NCBI GenBank assembly: GCA_964016885.1
Contig: OZ024764.1
Span: 12,524,001 to 12,588,000, forward strand
Length of the DNA stretch: 64,000 nucleotides
Origin: Eledone cirrhosa
Lineage: Eukaryota
Direction of reading: 5' to 3'
The translations under genes were made by a program, and so were the position numbers. Position 1 is the stretch's first letter; the number at the start of each line of letters is the position of its first letter. Shown in pieces: positions 40,846 through 54,559 of this stretch. Under the pieces are notes generated by a model. The model did no database searches and was not told where the DNA came from. It saw nothing but the letters and a program-made list of their open reading frames with translations.

Positions 40846-42660
40846 TTAACCTTTTAACATCAAACCACCTCAAACTGCTTTGGTTCTACAACAAAGGGCT
40901 GGTTATTTTAAAGTGTTTATATTTATCTAAAAACCTTCCATCATAATTTCATATAAGAACCTTTGTTAAGTTATGTTCCAAACACCAAGTGTGTCTTTCA
41001 TTAGAAATATGGTAGTGAAAGGGTTAAAGTGTTTATATTTATCTAAAAACCTTCCATCATAATTTTATGCAAGAACCTTTGTTAAGTTATGTTCCAAACA
41101 CCAACAGTGTCTTTCATTACAAATATGGTAGTGAAAGGGTTAAAGTGTTTATATTTATCTAAAAACCTTCCGTCATAATTTTATGTAAGAACCTTTGTTA
41201 AGTTATGTTCCAAACACCAACAGTGTCTTTCACTAGAAATATGGTAATGAAAGGGTTAAAGTGTTTATATTTATCTAAAATCCTTCCATCTCAATTTTAT
41301 GTAAGAACCTTTGTTAAGTTATGTTCCAAACACCAACAGTGTCTTTCATTAGAAATATGGTAATGAAAGGGTTAAAGTGTTTATATTTATCTAAAATCCT
41401 TCCATCTCAATTTTATGTAAGAACCTTTGTTAAGTTATGTTCCAAACACCAACAGTGTCTTTCACTAGAAATATGGTAATGAAAGGGTTAAAGTGTTTAT
41501 ATTTATCTAAAATCCTTCCATCTCAATTTTATGTAAGAACCTTTGTTAAGTTATGCTCCAAACACCAACAGTGTCTTTCACTAGAAATATGGTAGTGAAA
41601 GGGTTAAAGTGTTTATATTTATCTAAAAACCTTCCATCATAATTTTATGTAAGAACCTTTGTTAAGTTATGTTCCAAACACCAACAGTGTCTTACATTAG
41701 AAATATGGTAGTGAAAGGGTTAAAGTGTTTATATTTATCTAAAAACCTTCCGTCATAATTTTATGTAAGAACCTTTGTTAAGTTATGCTCCAAACACCAA
41801 CAGTGTCTTTCACTAGAAATATGGTAGTGAAAGGGTTAAAGTGTTTATATTTATCTAAAAACCTTCCATCATAATTTTATGTAAGAACCTTTGTTAAGTT
41901 ATGTTCCAAACACCAACAGTGTCTTACATTAGAAATATGGTAGTGAAAGGGTTAAAGTGTTTATATTTATCTAAAAACCTTCCGTCATAATTTTATGTAA
42001 GAACCTTTGTTAAGTTATGTTCCAAACACCAACAGTGTCTTACATTAGAAATATGGTAGTGAAAGGGTTAAAGTGTTTATATTTATCTAAAAACCTTCCG
42101 TCATAATTTTATGTAAGAACCTTTGTTAAGTTATGTTCCAAACACCAACAGTGTCTTTCACTAGAAATATGGTAATGAAAGGGTTAAAGTGTTTATATTT
42201 ATCTAAAATCCTTCCATCTCAATTTTATGTAAGAACCTTTGTTAAGTTATGTTCCAAACACCAACAGTGTCTTTCACTAGAAATATGGTAATGAAAGGGT
42301 TAAAGTGTTTATATTTATCTAAAATCCTTCCATCTCAATTTTATGTAAGAACCTTTGTTAAGTTATGTTCCAAACACCAACAGTGTCTTTCACTAGAAAT
42401 ATGGTAATGAAAGGGTTAAAGTGTTTATATTTATCTAAAATCCTTCCATCTCAATTTTATGTAAGAACCTTTGTTAAGTTATGTTCCAAACACCAACAGT
42501 GTCTTTCACTAGAAATAAGGTAATGAAAGGGTTAAAGTGTTTATATTTATCTAAAATCCTTCCATCTCAATTTTATGTAAGAACCTTTGTTAAGTTATGT
42601 TCCAAACACCAACAGTGTCTCTCATTAGAAATTTGGTAACTAAAGTGTTTATATTTATTA
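40846..42660 (+). repeat. ~116-bp satellite (~15 copies) derived from a piggyBac-like MITE end
   Basis: Starts TTAA-CCTTTTAAC; each unit ends GTAGTGAAAGGG-TTAA. Confidence 0.9.
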
Positions 42661-42955
42661 ATTACCCCAGTGTATTACTGGTACTTTATTTTATAGACTC
42701 AGTAAGGATGAAAGGCAAAATTAACCTCGGCGGGATTTGAACTCAAAACATAAAGGGCCATAACTCTATGCTGCAAAACATGGTGTCTGGCGCTTCATCG
42801 ATTCTGCCAATCCAACGCCTTTAAATAATTGTTTCTACTTTTGGCACAAGACCAGCAAATTACCCCAGTACATTACTGGTACTTTATTTTATCAACCCCA
42901 AAGTTAACCTCGGCGGGATTTGAACTCAGACCGTAAAGGGACGTAACTCTATGGT
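42660..42955 (-). mobile_element. Two SINE copies (same Meta-like family)
   Basis: AACCTCGGCGGGATTTGAACTCA occurs twice. Confidence 0.85.
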
Positions 42956-43034
42956 AATGTCTGTTAATATGTTATATACTAGCTGAGCTTAAATAACTGA
43001 CTGAAATATGATAGAGGGGCGGGGAAGAGGGGGA

Positions 43035-43920
43035 GATGAAGACGAGAGAAGAGAGGGGTGAGGAGAGAGGGGTGAGGAGAGAAGTGAAAGAGAAAGCAAG
43101 AGAGAGAGAGAGAAACAAAAGAGGAAGAGAAAGACAGGAGAGAAAGCAAGAGAGAGAGAGAGAGAAACAAAAGAGGAAGAGAAAGACAGGAGAGAAAGCA
43201 AGAGAGAGAGAGAGAAACAAAAGAGGAAGAGAAAGACAGGAGAGAAAGCAAGAGAGAGAGAGAGAAACAAAAGAGGAAGAGAAAGACAGGAGAGAAAGCA
43301 AGAGAGAGAGAGAGAAACAAAAGAGGAAGAGAAAGACAGGAGAGAAAGCAAGAGAGAGAGAGAGAGAAACAAAAGAGGAAGAGAAAGACAGGAGAGAAAG
43401 CAAGAGAGAGAGAGAGAAACAAAAGAGGAAGAGAAAAACAGGAGAGAAAGCAAGAGAGAGAGAGAGAAACAAAAGAGGAAGAGAAAGACAGGAGAGAAAG
43501 CAAGAGAGAGAGAGAGAGAAACAAAAGAGGAAGAGAAAGACAGGAGAGAAAGCAAGAGAGAGAGAGAGAAACAAAAGAGGAAGAGAAAGACAGGAGAGAA
43601 AGCAAGAGAGAGAGAGAGAAACAAAAGAGGAAGAGAAAGACAGGAGAGAAAGCAAGAGAGAGAGAGAGAAACAAAAGAGGAAGAGAAAAACAGGAGAGAA
43701 AGCAAGAGAGAGAGAGAGAAACAAAAGAGGAAGGGAAAGACAGGAGAGAAAGCAAGAGAGAGAAAGAAAGAGAGAGATAGAGAAAGAGAGAGAGAAAGAG
43801 AGAGAGAAAGAGAGAGACAGGAGAGAAAGCAAGAGAGAGAAAGAAAGAGAGAGATAGAGAAAGAGAGAGAGAGAGAAAGAGAGCGAGAAAGAGAAGAGAA
43901 GAGAGGGAGAGAAAAGGGAG
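43035..43920 (+). repeat. ~50-52-bp polypurine minisatellite
   Basis: AAAGCAAG(AG)nAAACAAAAGAGGAAGAGAAAGACAGGAGAG. Confidence 0.95.
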
Positions 43921-44279
43921 CCTCTGCTTTCTTCATAAGTGGGTCCTTAACTGAGATGATTAGGGGCTTATTATAAAACACTTGTCATCTAAATATGATG
44001 GAATTTCAAAAAACAGAACCCCTACCCCAACAAAAAAGTACAGGGATCTCAGTAAGGGAATGTTTGAGGGGGGGGGGGGGGGGTATTATTTTTTATTTTA
44101 TTACTTTTTTATTTTTTTATTATTATTATTTTAACCATCATCATTATTATTATTTTTTAAAATTATTTTAAAATTATTTTTTATTATTTATTTATTAATA
44201 AAAAAAAAAAAAGGGGGGATTATTTTTTTTTTAGTTGCTGGCATCTATTAATCCTAGTAATATTGGTAATGAATTGTAC

Positions 44280-46080
44280 CCCCTAACTTACCATCTTTTT
44301 ATAAGGAAACAGTGGTCCCACTCTTCTCCTCCACCACCATCACGACCCCTAACCACCACCTTTTTATAAGGAACCACTGGTCCCATCTCCTCCTCCTCCA
44401 CCACAATCCCTAACACACCACCCTTTTATAAGGAACCACTGGTCCCATCCCATCCTTCTCCACCACCACGACCCCTAACACACCACCCTTTTATAAGGAA
44501 CCACTGGTCCCATCTCCTCCTCCTCCACCACCACGACCCCTAACCACCACCTTTTTATAAGGAACCACTGGTCCCATCCCATCCTCCTCCACCACCACGA
44601 CCCCTAACACACCACCCTTTTATAAGGAACCACTGGTCCCATCCCATCCTCCTCCACCACCACGACCCCTAACACACCACCCTTTTATAAGGAACCACTG
44701 GTCCCCTCCCATCCTCCTCCACCACCACGACCCCTAACACACCACCCTTTTATAAGGAACCACTGGTCCCATCCCATCCTCCTCCACCACCACGACCCCT
44801 AACACACCACCCTTTTATAAGGAACCACTGGTCCCATCTCCTCCTCCTCCACCACCACGACCCCTAACACACCACCCTTTTATAAGGAACCACTGGTCCC
44901 ATCCCATCCTCCTCCACCACCACGACCCCTAACACACCACCCTTTTATAAGGAACCACTGGTCCCATCCCATCCTCCTCCACCACCACGACCCCTAACAC
45001 ACCACCCTTTTATAAGGAACCACTGGTCCCATCCCATCCTCCTCCACCACCACGACCCCTAACACACCACCCTTTTATAAGGAACCACTGGTCCCATCCC
45101 ATCCTCCTCCACCACCACGACCCCTAACACACCACCCTTTTATAAGGAACCACTGGTCCCATCTCCTCCTCCTCCACCACCACGACCCCTAACACACCAC
45201 CCTTTTATAAGGAACCACTGGTCCCATCCCATCCTCCTCCACCACCACGACCCCTAACACACCACCCTTTTATAAGGAACCACTGGTCCCATCCCATCCT
45301 CCTCCACCACCACGACCCCTAACACACCACCCTTTTATAAGGAACCACTGGTCCCATCCCATCCTCCTCCACCACCACGACCCCTAACACACCACCCTTT
45401 TATAAGGAACCACTGGTCCCATCCCATCCTCCTCCACCACCACGACCCCTAACACACCACCCTTTTATAAGGAACCACTGGTCCCATCCCATCCTCCTCC
45501 ACCACCACGACCCCTAACACACCACCCTTTTATAAGGAACCACTGGTCCCATCCCATCCTCCTCCACCACCACGACCCCTAACACACCACCCTTTTATAA
45601 GGAACCACTGGTCCCATCCCATCCTCCTCCACCACCACGACCCCTAACACACCACCCTTTTATAAGGAACCACTGGTCCCATCCCATCCTCCTCCACCAC
45701 CACGACCCCTAACACACCACCCTTTTATAAGGAACCACTGGTCCCATCCCATCCTCCTCCACCACCACGACCCCTAACACACCACCCTTTTATAAGGAAC
45801 CACTGGTCCCATCTCCTCCTTCTCCACCACCACGACCTCTAACCACCACCTTTTTATAAGGAACCACTGGTCCCATCTCCTCCTCCTCCACCACAATCCC
45901 TAACACACCACCCTTTTATAAGGAAACCGGTGGTCCAATCCCCTCCTTCTCCACCACCACGACCCCTAAACCCCTAACCTCGGCCTTTTTATAAGTAACC
46001 CCCCCCCCGTGGTCCCCTCCCCGACCCCTAACCACCGCCTTTTTATAAGGACCTGGTGGTCCCACCCCTTCCCCTTCTAC
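44280..46080 (+). repeat. 65-bp C-rich minisatellite (~27 copies)
   Basis: ATCCCATCCTCCTCCACCACCACGACCCCTAACACACCACCCTTTTATAAGGAACCACTGGTCCC. Confidence 0.97.
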
Positions 46081-46209
46081 CATCACCAACCATTTTTATT
46101 ACAAGCAACCAGTAGGTATCATAAAGACAGAAAACATTTGGTATATCCTCATACAAAGAGCCCTGTCTCCCTTTTTAAACCCCCATTCTGACTGTATTTC
46201 TAATGGAAT

Positions 46210-46365
46210 GCTTTCTTCTTCTTCGCCCACTTATTCCTTGGGTAGGTGGAGGTGGGTGGGGGGTGTTGGGGTGCCCTCCAGTACACCTTCCAGTGGGTCC
46301 TGTCAGAAGCAGCAGTCTTCAAATGATCCGACTGTATCCCCAAACGAGACCAGCTGAACTTATGT
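46210..46365 (-). mobile_element. Old RTE/BovB-like LINE 3' fragment with (GAA)n tail
   Basis: Minus translation KFSWSRLGIQSDHLKTAASDRTHWK resembles the RTE C-terminal LGI....W...A.DR..WR motif; ends GAAGAAGAAGAA. Confidence 0.5.
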
Positions 46366-46369
46366 ACTT

Positions 46370-46673
46370 TATCATCATCATCATCACCGTTTTACGTCCG
46401 TTCTTCCACTCTAGCATGGGTTAGACGGGTTGTCCTGTTGTGGGCAGTGTCTGGTCGGCTGACCATGCCTTGCTCATACAGGAACTGATTCTGGCTTGAT
46501 TTCTACAGCTGGATGCCCTTCCTAACACCAACCTCATTTACAGTGAGTGCTGGGTGCTTTTTTCATGGCGCCTACACGTCCACTTTACAGTGTGGGCTGG
46601 GTGCTTTTTTGCCGTGGCACCTCCACGACCACCTTGCGGTGGGGGGTGTGGGGGCATATTGTCTATATGCTTC
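46370..46673 (-). mobile_element. RTE 3' UTR copy
   Basis: Reverse complement of 52248-52556. Confidence 0.92.
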
Positions 46674-47159
46674 TTTATATATATATATATATATACTCTT
46701 CTACTCTTTTACCTGTTTCACCCATCCGGCTGAGGCCATGCTGGGGCACCGCCCTTGAAAAATTTCTGTAGAACCTGACAGAGATTGAACCCGTAACCAG
46801 TATCACCACTGTCTCTAATATTTACCAGTGGGCCATTGAGACGGTTACATACATATATATACATGAAGTATTTCCGTAGAAAGGGTAAAGGAAAGGAGAG
46901 TGCTCTATGTAAGCTACAGAGCTATTTAATTATGTAATAAACAACATAAGACAATTATTCCATTTACCAAAGGTTTCATGAAGACAGACAAGCTCACCAG
47001 ACGTCTAAAATCAATCAATCACCACCACAACACTACCACCACCACCACCACCACCACCATCACACCACCACCACCACCACCACCAACAACAAAAAGCTGA
47101 CTCAGATATAATAAGCCAGCATATCAATTATTGGTACACTCCACTAACCTCTTATTTGC

Positions 47160-48485
47160 CACCACAACAACAGCAACAATATACAACAACAACACCAATA
47201 TACAACAACAACAACAACAACAGCAATATACAACAACAACAACATCAACAACAACAGCAATATACAATAACAACAGCAATATACAACAACAACACCAACA
47301 ACAGCAATATACAACAACAACAACAACAACAGCACCAACAACAGCAATATACAACAACAACAACATCAACAACAACAGCAATATACAATAACAACAGCAA
47401 TATACAACAACAACACCAACAACAGCACCAACAACACCAATATACAACAACAACAACAACAACAGCAATATACAACAACAACAACATCAACAACAACAGC
47501 AATATACAATAACAACAGCAATATACAACAACAACACCAACAACAGCAATATACAACAACAACAACAACAACAGCACCAACAACAACAATATACAACAAC
47601 ACCACCAACAACAACAGCAATATACAACACCAACAACAACAGCAATATATAACAACAACAGCACCAACAACACCACCAACAACAACAGCAATATACAACA
47701 CCAACAACAACAACAACAGCAATATATAACACCAACAACAACAACAGCACCAACAACACCACCAACAACAACAGCAATATACAACACCAACAACAACAAT
47801 ATACAACAACACCACCAACAACAACAGCAATATACAACACCAACAACAACAATATACAACAACACCACCAACAACAACAGCAATATACAACACCAACAAC
47901 AACAATATACAACAACACCACCAACAACAACAGCAATATACAACACCAACAACAACAATATACAACAACAACACCAACAACAACAGCAATATATAACAAC
48001 AACAGCACCAACAACAACACCAACAACAACAGCAATATATAACACCAACAACAACAATATACAACAACAACACCAACAACAACAGCAATATATAACACCA
48101 ACAACAACAATATACAACAACAACACCAACAACAACAGCGATATATAACACCAACAACAACAATATACAACAACAACACCAACAACAACAGCAATATATA
48201 ACACCAACAACAACAATATACAACAACAACACCAACAACAACAGCAATATATAACACCAACAACAACAATATACAACAACAACACCAACAACAGCAATAT
48301 ACAACAACAACAACAACAACAGCACCAACAACAACAACAACAGCACCAACAACAACAATATACAACAACAGCACCAACAACAACAGCACCAACAACAACA
48401 ACAACAACAGCACCAACAACAACAACAACAGCACCAACAACAACAATATACAACAACAACACCAACAACAACAGCAATATATAAC
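47160..48485 (+). repeat. (CAA)n-based compound repeat with GCAATATA/CACC interruptions
   Basis: Direct reading. Confidence 0.95.
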
Positions 48486-48724
48486 AAAAATTAATACAAT
48501 TAACAACAGTTGCATCTCCGACCCCCTCCTCTCCCTGCCCTTTCTTTGTAACAAGTCTTTTAGTTTAATAACCCCTAATTATTTATCAACAAACAGACAA
48601 GACCCCAACCCCTTCATACCAACTCACCTCCACCTGTAGCCCCCAACTTTCAGCCCTTTTATTTTTGGGGGAGGGAAGGAGTGTTTTTTTTTTTTCCATT
48701 TCATATTCTCAGATTGAAATATTG

Positions 48725-49755
48725 ACACACACATACATACTTATACATAGACACACACACACATACATATACACAGGCACACACAGACACACACAGACAC
48801 ACACAGACTCACACAGTTATATACATACACACACAGACAGACATACACATACATACTTATACATAGACACACACACACATACATATACACAGGCACACAG
48901 ACATACACATACACACACAGACATACACATACACACACATACATACATATACACAGGCACACACAGACATACATACTCACACACAGTTATATACATACAC
49001 ACACAGACATACATAAACAGACAGACACACACACACACACATACATATACACAGGCACACACAGATATACATACACATACATACTTATACATAGACACAC
49101 ACACACATACATATACACAGGCACACACAAATATACACAGACTCACACACAGTTATATACATACACACACAGACACACACACACATACTTATACATAGAC
49201 ACACACACATACATACATATACATAGACACACACACACAGACAGACTCACACACAGTTATATACACACACACAGACAGACATACACATACATACTTATAC
49301 ATAGACACACACATACATACACAGACACATACGCACACAGACACAGACATACACACACACAGACATACATAGACACAAACATACATAGACACAGACATAC
49401 ACACACAAACACAGACATATACAAACACAGTTATACACAGACTGACACAGACATACATACACAGACACATTCACACACCCACACACAGAGACACAGACAC
49501 ATTCACACACCCACACACAGAGACACAGACACATTCACACACCCACACACAGAGACACAGACACATTCACACACCCACACACAGAGACACAGACACATTC
49601 ACACACCCACACACAGAGACACAGACACATTCACACACCCACACACAGAGACACAGACATATACACACACACCCACACACAGAGACACAGACACATTCAC
49701 ACACCCACACACAGAGACACAGACATATACACACACACCCACACACAGAGACACA

Positions 49756-49798
<43 letters not shown>

Positions 49799-49845
49799 AC
49801 ACAGACATATACACACACACACAGACACACACAGAAAGACAGAGA
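48725..49845 (+). repeat. CA-rich compound repeat
   Basis: Direct reading. Confidence 0.9.
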
Positions 49846-51072
49846 CAAAATGAAGAAAGAAGAAATGCATTATTAATTAAAGCCAATTAGCTGATTCATT
49901 AGTTGCTTACAAAACGACTTTCTGGATAAATTTAGTTACAGTTCTAGATGGCCTGAGATCAAAGCTTCCTCAGTTCAAATCTGGGTGGGTTCAACTTTAC
50001 TGGGTTCAAATCTTCCTGGGATCAACTTGGATATATCTCCTATAACATTTACATTACTCTATATATACTATTGTATTTTCACAGTAAAGGCTTTACCTCA
50101 CATAATATCTCACATAACATTTACATTACTCTATATATACTATTGTATTGTCACAGTAAAGGCTTTACCTCACATATTACCTCACATAACATTTACATTA
50201 CTCTATATATACTATTGTATTTTCACAGTAAAGACTTTACCTCACATAATATCTCACATAACATTTACATTACTCTATATATACTATTGTATTTTCACAG
50301 TAAAGGCTTTACCTCACATAATATCTCCTATAACATTTACATTACTCTATATATACTATTGTATTTTCACAGTAAAGGCTTTACCTCACATAATATCTCA
50401 CATAACATTTACATTACTCTATATATACTATTGTATTGTCACAGTAAAGGCTTTACCTCACATATTACCTCACATAACATTTACATTACTCTATATATAC
50501 TATTGTATTTTCACAGTAAAGACTTTACCTCACATAATATCTCACATAACATTTACATTACTCTATATATACTATTGTATTGTCACAGTAAAGGCTTTAC
50601 CTCACATATTACCTCACATAACATTTACATTACTCTATATATACTATTGTATTTTCACAGTAAAGACTTTACCTCACATAATATCTCACATAACATTTAC
50701 ATTACTCTATATATACTATTGTATTGTCACAGTAAAGACTTTACCTCACATAATATCTCATAACATTTACATTACTCTATATATACTATTGTATTGTCAC
50801 AGTAAAGGCTTTACCTCACATAATATCTCACATAACATTTACATTACTCTATATATACTATTGTATTGTCAGTAAAGGCTTTACCTCACATAATATCTCA
50901 CATAACATTTACATTACTCTATATATACTATTGTATTTTCACAGTAAAGGCTTTACCTCACATAATATCTCACATAACATTTACATTACTCTATATATAC
51001 TATTGTATTTTCACAGTAAAGGCTTTACCTCACATAATATCTCACATAACATTTACATTACTCTATATATAC

Positions 51073-52250
51073 TTAGAAAACTAGGAGTAGATGAATGGCT
51101 TGTGAAAGCGGTACAAGCCATGTATAGGGGAGCAGTCAGCAAAGTTAGGATTGGCAATGAGTATAGCGAGGAATTTAGCGTACAGGTTGGGGTCCACCAG
51201 GGCTCTGTTCTTAGCCCTCTCCTGTTCATCATAGTCCTGCAGGCAATAACGGAGGAGTTTAAGACCGGATGCCCATGGGAACTCCTGTATGCTGATGACC
51301 TCGCACTCATAGCTGAATCTATGGTAGAACTAGAGAATAAATTCCAAACCTGGAAGCAGGGACTAGAGAGAAAGGGCCTCAAAGTCAACATGACAAAGAC
51401 TAAGGTCCTTATAAGTAGACGAGAAAACAGAACCCAGATCCCCTCAGGGAAATGGCCTTGCTCAGTATGTAGGAAAGGTGTAGGTAGGAACTCCATTCTT
51501 TGCCCCAAATGCAAACAATGGGTACACAAGAGATGTAGCGGGATCTCAGGAAGCTTAATTAAGAATGTAGGATTCACATGCAGCAGCTGTGCTGAAACAG
51601 CAAGCAAACAGCCACAGGAAACAAGTACCACCAATCTCTGGGAGGGCCCTGTAGAAACAGTAGACAGCTTCTGCTACCTAGGTGACCGAATTAGCAACGG
51701 AGGTGGGTGCTCAGAAAGTACAATAACTAGGGTAAGAACGGGATGGAAGAAGTTTAGGGAACTACTACCACTGCTAGCTGCAAAAGGCTTCTCCCTCAGA
51801 ATGAAAGGCAGACTGTATGATGCGTGTATCCGAACAGCGATGTTGCATGGTAGTGAGACCTGGGCGCTGAAGGTGGAAGACTTACGTAGATTAGAGAGAA
51901 ACGAAGCCTGCATGCTCCGATGGATGTGTAACAGTAATATACGTGAACGACAAAGCATAAATGAATTGAGAGAGAGACTGAGCATAAGAGGAATCAAATG
52001 CTGCGTGCAGGAGAGGCGGTTACGCTGGTATGGACATGTGATGCGTATGAAGGATGACAGCTGCATAAAAAGGTGCAGAGCACTAGAAGTTGATGGAAAC
52101 CGCGGAGTGGGGAGACCCAAGATGACTTGGGATGAGGTGATAAAAGCCGACCTTACCCAACTACACCTCTCAAAGTCAATGACACACGACCGTGACTTCT
52201 GGCGTCACGCAGTAATACAGGGTACCCGACCTCCCATGGGTACATGCTGA
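51073..52250 (+). CDS. Partial RTE reverse transcriptase ORF (RT C-terminal half, PHD-like finger, C-terminal domain); the first ~47 aa of ORF 50931-52250 are satellite-derived
   Basis: Motifs GVHQGSVLSPLLF, LLYADDL, GLKVNMTKTK, FCYLG, HGSETW, RRLRWYGHVMRM, GRPKMTW, DRDFWR. Confidence 0.9.
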
Positions 52251-52556
52251 AGCATATAAACAATATGCCCCCCCCCCCCCACCGCAAGGTGGTCGTGGAG
52301 GTGCCACGGCAAAAAAGCACCCAGCCCACACTGTAAAGTGGACGTGTAGGCGCCACGAAAAAGCACCCAGCACTCACTGTAAATGAGGTTGGTGTTAGGA
52401 AGGGCATCCAGCTGTAGAAATCAAGCCAGATCAGTTCCTGTATGAGCAAGGCATGGTCAGCCGACCAGACACTGCCCACAACAGGACAACCCGTCTAACC
52501 CATGCTAGCATGGAAGAACGGACGTAAAACGGTGATGATGATGATGATGATGATGA
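51073..52556 (+). mobile_element. 5'-truncated RTE-clade LINE with 3' UTR and (GAT)n tail
   Basis: Uninterrupted RT ORF; tail GATGATGAT; short ATACT duplication at 51069-51073 and 52556-52560. Confidence 0.95.
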
Positions 52557-52992
52557 TACTATTGTATTTTCACAGTAAAGGCTTTACCTCACATAATATC
52601 TCACATAACATTTACATTACTCTATATATACTATTGTATTTTCACAGTAAAGGCTTTACCTCACATAATATCTCACATAACATTTACATTACTCTATATA
52701 TACTATTGTATTTTCACAGTAAAGGCTTTACCTCACATAATATCTCACATAACATTTACATTACTCTATATATACTATTGTATTTTCACAGTAAAGGCTT
52801 TACCTCACATAATATCTCACATAACATTTACATTACTCTATATATACTATTGTATTTTCACAGTAAAGGCTTTACCTCACATAATACCTCACATAACATT
52901 TACATTACTCTAGCTTTACCTCACATAATTATCTCACATAATATAGAATCTATGAGATTTTGATATTATATATTTTGAGAACCATACCTTAA

Positions 52993-53045
52993 CCCTTCAG
53001 CGTTTAAACCGGCCATATCCGGCCAGAGTTCTCTCACCTCTATTC
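52993..53045 (+). mobile_element. Left end of another piggyBac-like MITE copy at a TTAA
   Basis: TTAA-CCCTTCAGCGTTTAAACCGGCCATATCCGGCCAGAG matches 5194-5245. Confidence 0.7.
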
Positions 53046-53049
53046 AAAC

Positions 53050-53286
53050 ACCCAGCCCTCACTCTAAAGTGGACACGTAAAAGACACAGTAAAAAGCACC
53101 CAGCCCACACTGTCAATGTGGTTGACATTAGGAAGGGCATCCAACCGTAGAAAAGCAGCCAGAAACTCTCCTATATGAGCAAGACATGGTCACTCGACCC
53201 AACTTGCTCTTCAATGGGACAAACCCGTCTAACCCATGCTAGCGTGGAAGATGGACGTTAATCGATGATGATGATGATGATGATGA
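53050..53286 (+). mobile_element. RTE-related 3' UTR element
   Basis: AAGCACCCAGCCCACACTGT..AGGAAGGGCATCCA..CCCGTCTAACCCATGCTAGCGTGGAAG..(GAT)n. Confidence 0.85.
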
Positions 53287-53311
53287 CACACAAACAATCA
53301 CATCATACAAT

Positions 53312-53430
53312 AATTGTTTCTACTTTTGGCACAAGGCCAGCAATTACCCCAGTGTATTACTGGTACTTTATTTTATCGACCCCGTAAGGATGAAAGGCAA
53401 AGTTCAGCTCGGCGGGATTTGAACTCAGAT
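53312..53430 (-). mobile_element. SINE (Meta-like family)
   Basis: Core, tail and reverse-strand B-box. Confidence 0.85.
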
Positions 53431-54100
53431 CGTATGTAACACATACACATATACAATAACATCACACACACACATACATACACACATGCACATCACATAC
53501 ATATACATACACACACGCACATCACATACACATACATACACACACGCACATCACATACATATACATACACACATCACACATATACATACACACATCACAC
53601 ACATACACACACACATCACACACCTATACATACACACACGTACATCACACACACATACATACACACACGTACATCACACACATATACATACACACACGCA
53701 CATCACACCATCACACACCTATGCATACATACACACACGCACATCACACCATCACACACATATACATACACACACGCACATCACACCATCACACACATAT
53801 ACATAGACACACGCACATCACACTATCACACACACACAGCCCCCAACACACGCACATCACACCATCACACACACATATACATACACACACACGCACATCA
53901 CACTATCACACACACACAGCCGCTCCCCACCCCCACCCACACAGCCCCCCCACAACGATTTCCTCACTCCCACACTACTCTATCCCACCCCACCATGCAA
54001 CAAATACCTTTTGTTAATGCGAGGGACAGGATGAGGGGAGGGGAGGGGGGAGAGAAGATGGGAGGGGAGTGGAGGGGGAGGGATGCCAAAAGTAGGTTGA

Positions 54101-54176
54101 ATTATGCAAATTACTTGAAATGACTTACTAATTATGCAAATTACCTCCGTTGACTCACAAAATTGATTCTGAGTCA
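54101..54176. promoter_or_regulatory. Two octamer motifs (ATGCAAAT) and two AP-1-like motifs
   Basis: ATGCAAAT at 54104 and 54134; TGACTCA at 54151; TGAGTCA at 54170; motif presence only. Confidence 0.3.
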
Positions 54177-54240
54177 AGAGTGAAAGAACGTGAGAGACCT
54201 CTACATGGCAGCTAGAACCGGTAGAGATAGCAGCCAAATC

Positions 54241-54333
54241 TACCTCGGCGGGATTCGAACTCAGAATGGCAAGGGCCGCAACTCTATGCGTCAAAGCATG
54301 GCGTCCGACCCTCTACCGATACTGCCAATCCAC
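54241..54333 (-). mobile_element. SINE tRNA-like head (Meta-like family)
   Basis: Reverse complement of 29767-29860. Confidence 0.85.
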
Positions 54334-54368
<35 letters not shown>

Positions 54369-54375
<7 letters not shown>

Positions 54376-54530
54376 CATCATTTTACGTCCGCTTTTTCCC
54401 TGCTTGCAAGGGTGGGACGGGAACTGATTTTGGCTTGATGTCTACAGCTGGATGCCCTTCCTAACACCAACCTCATTTACAGTGAGTGCTGGGTGCTTTT
54501 TTGCCGTGGCACCTCCACGACCACTTTGCA
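54369..54530 (-). mobile_element. Internally deleted RTE 3' UTR element
   Basis: (CAT)n TTTTACGTCCGCTTTTTCCCTGCTTGCAAGGG..CTGGATGCCCTTCCTAACACCAACC. Confidence 0.8.
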
Positions 54531-54559
54531 GTGGAATGATAGGGACCCCAGTCCCTATC

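Larger units (their letters stand above)
50031..52990 (-). repeat. Same 72-bp MITE-derived minisatellite as 5400-6325 in opposite orientation, split by the RTE insertion
   Basis: Unit CATAACATTTACATTACTCTATATATACTATTGTATTTTCACAGTAAAGGCTTTACCTCACATAATATCTCA; 52920-52990 matches the MITE body (reverse complement of ~5335-5400). Confidence 0.93.

Noticed and set aside
42972-43981. Arg/Glu/Lys-rich and Leu/Ser/Phe-rich ORFs
   Set aside because: Polypurine minisatellite artefact
44280-46080. True telomeric array
   Set aside because: Only one CCCCTAA per 65-bp unit, not tandem TTAGGG
51053-52479. Minus-strand ORFs overlapping the RTE
   Set aside because: Antisense shadows of the RT ORF and its 3' UTR
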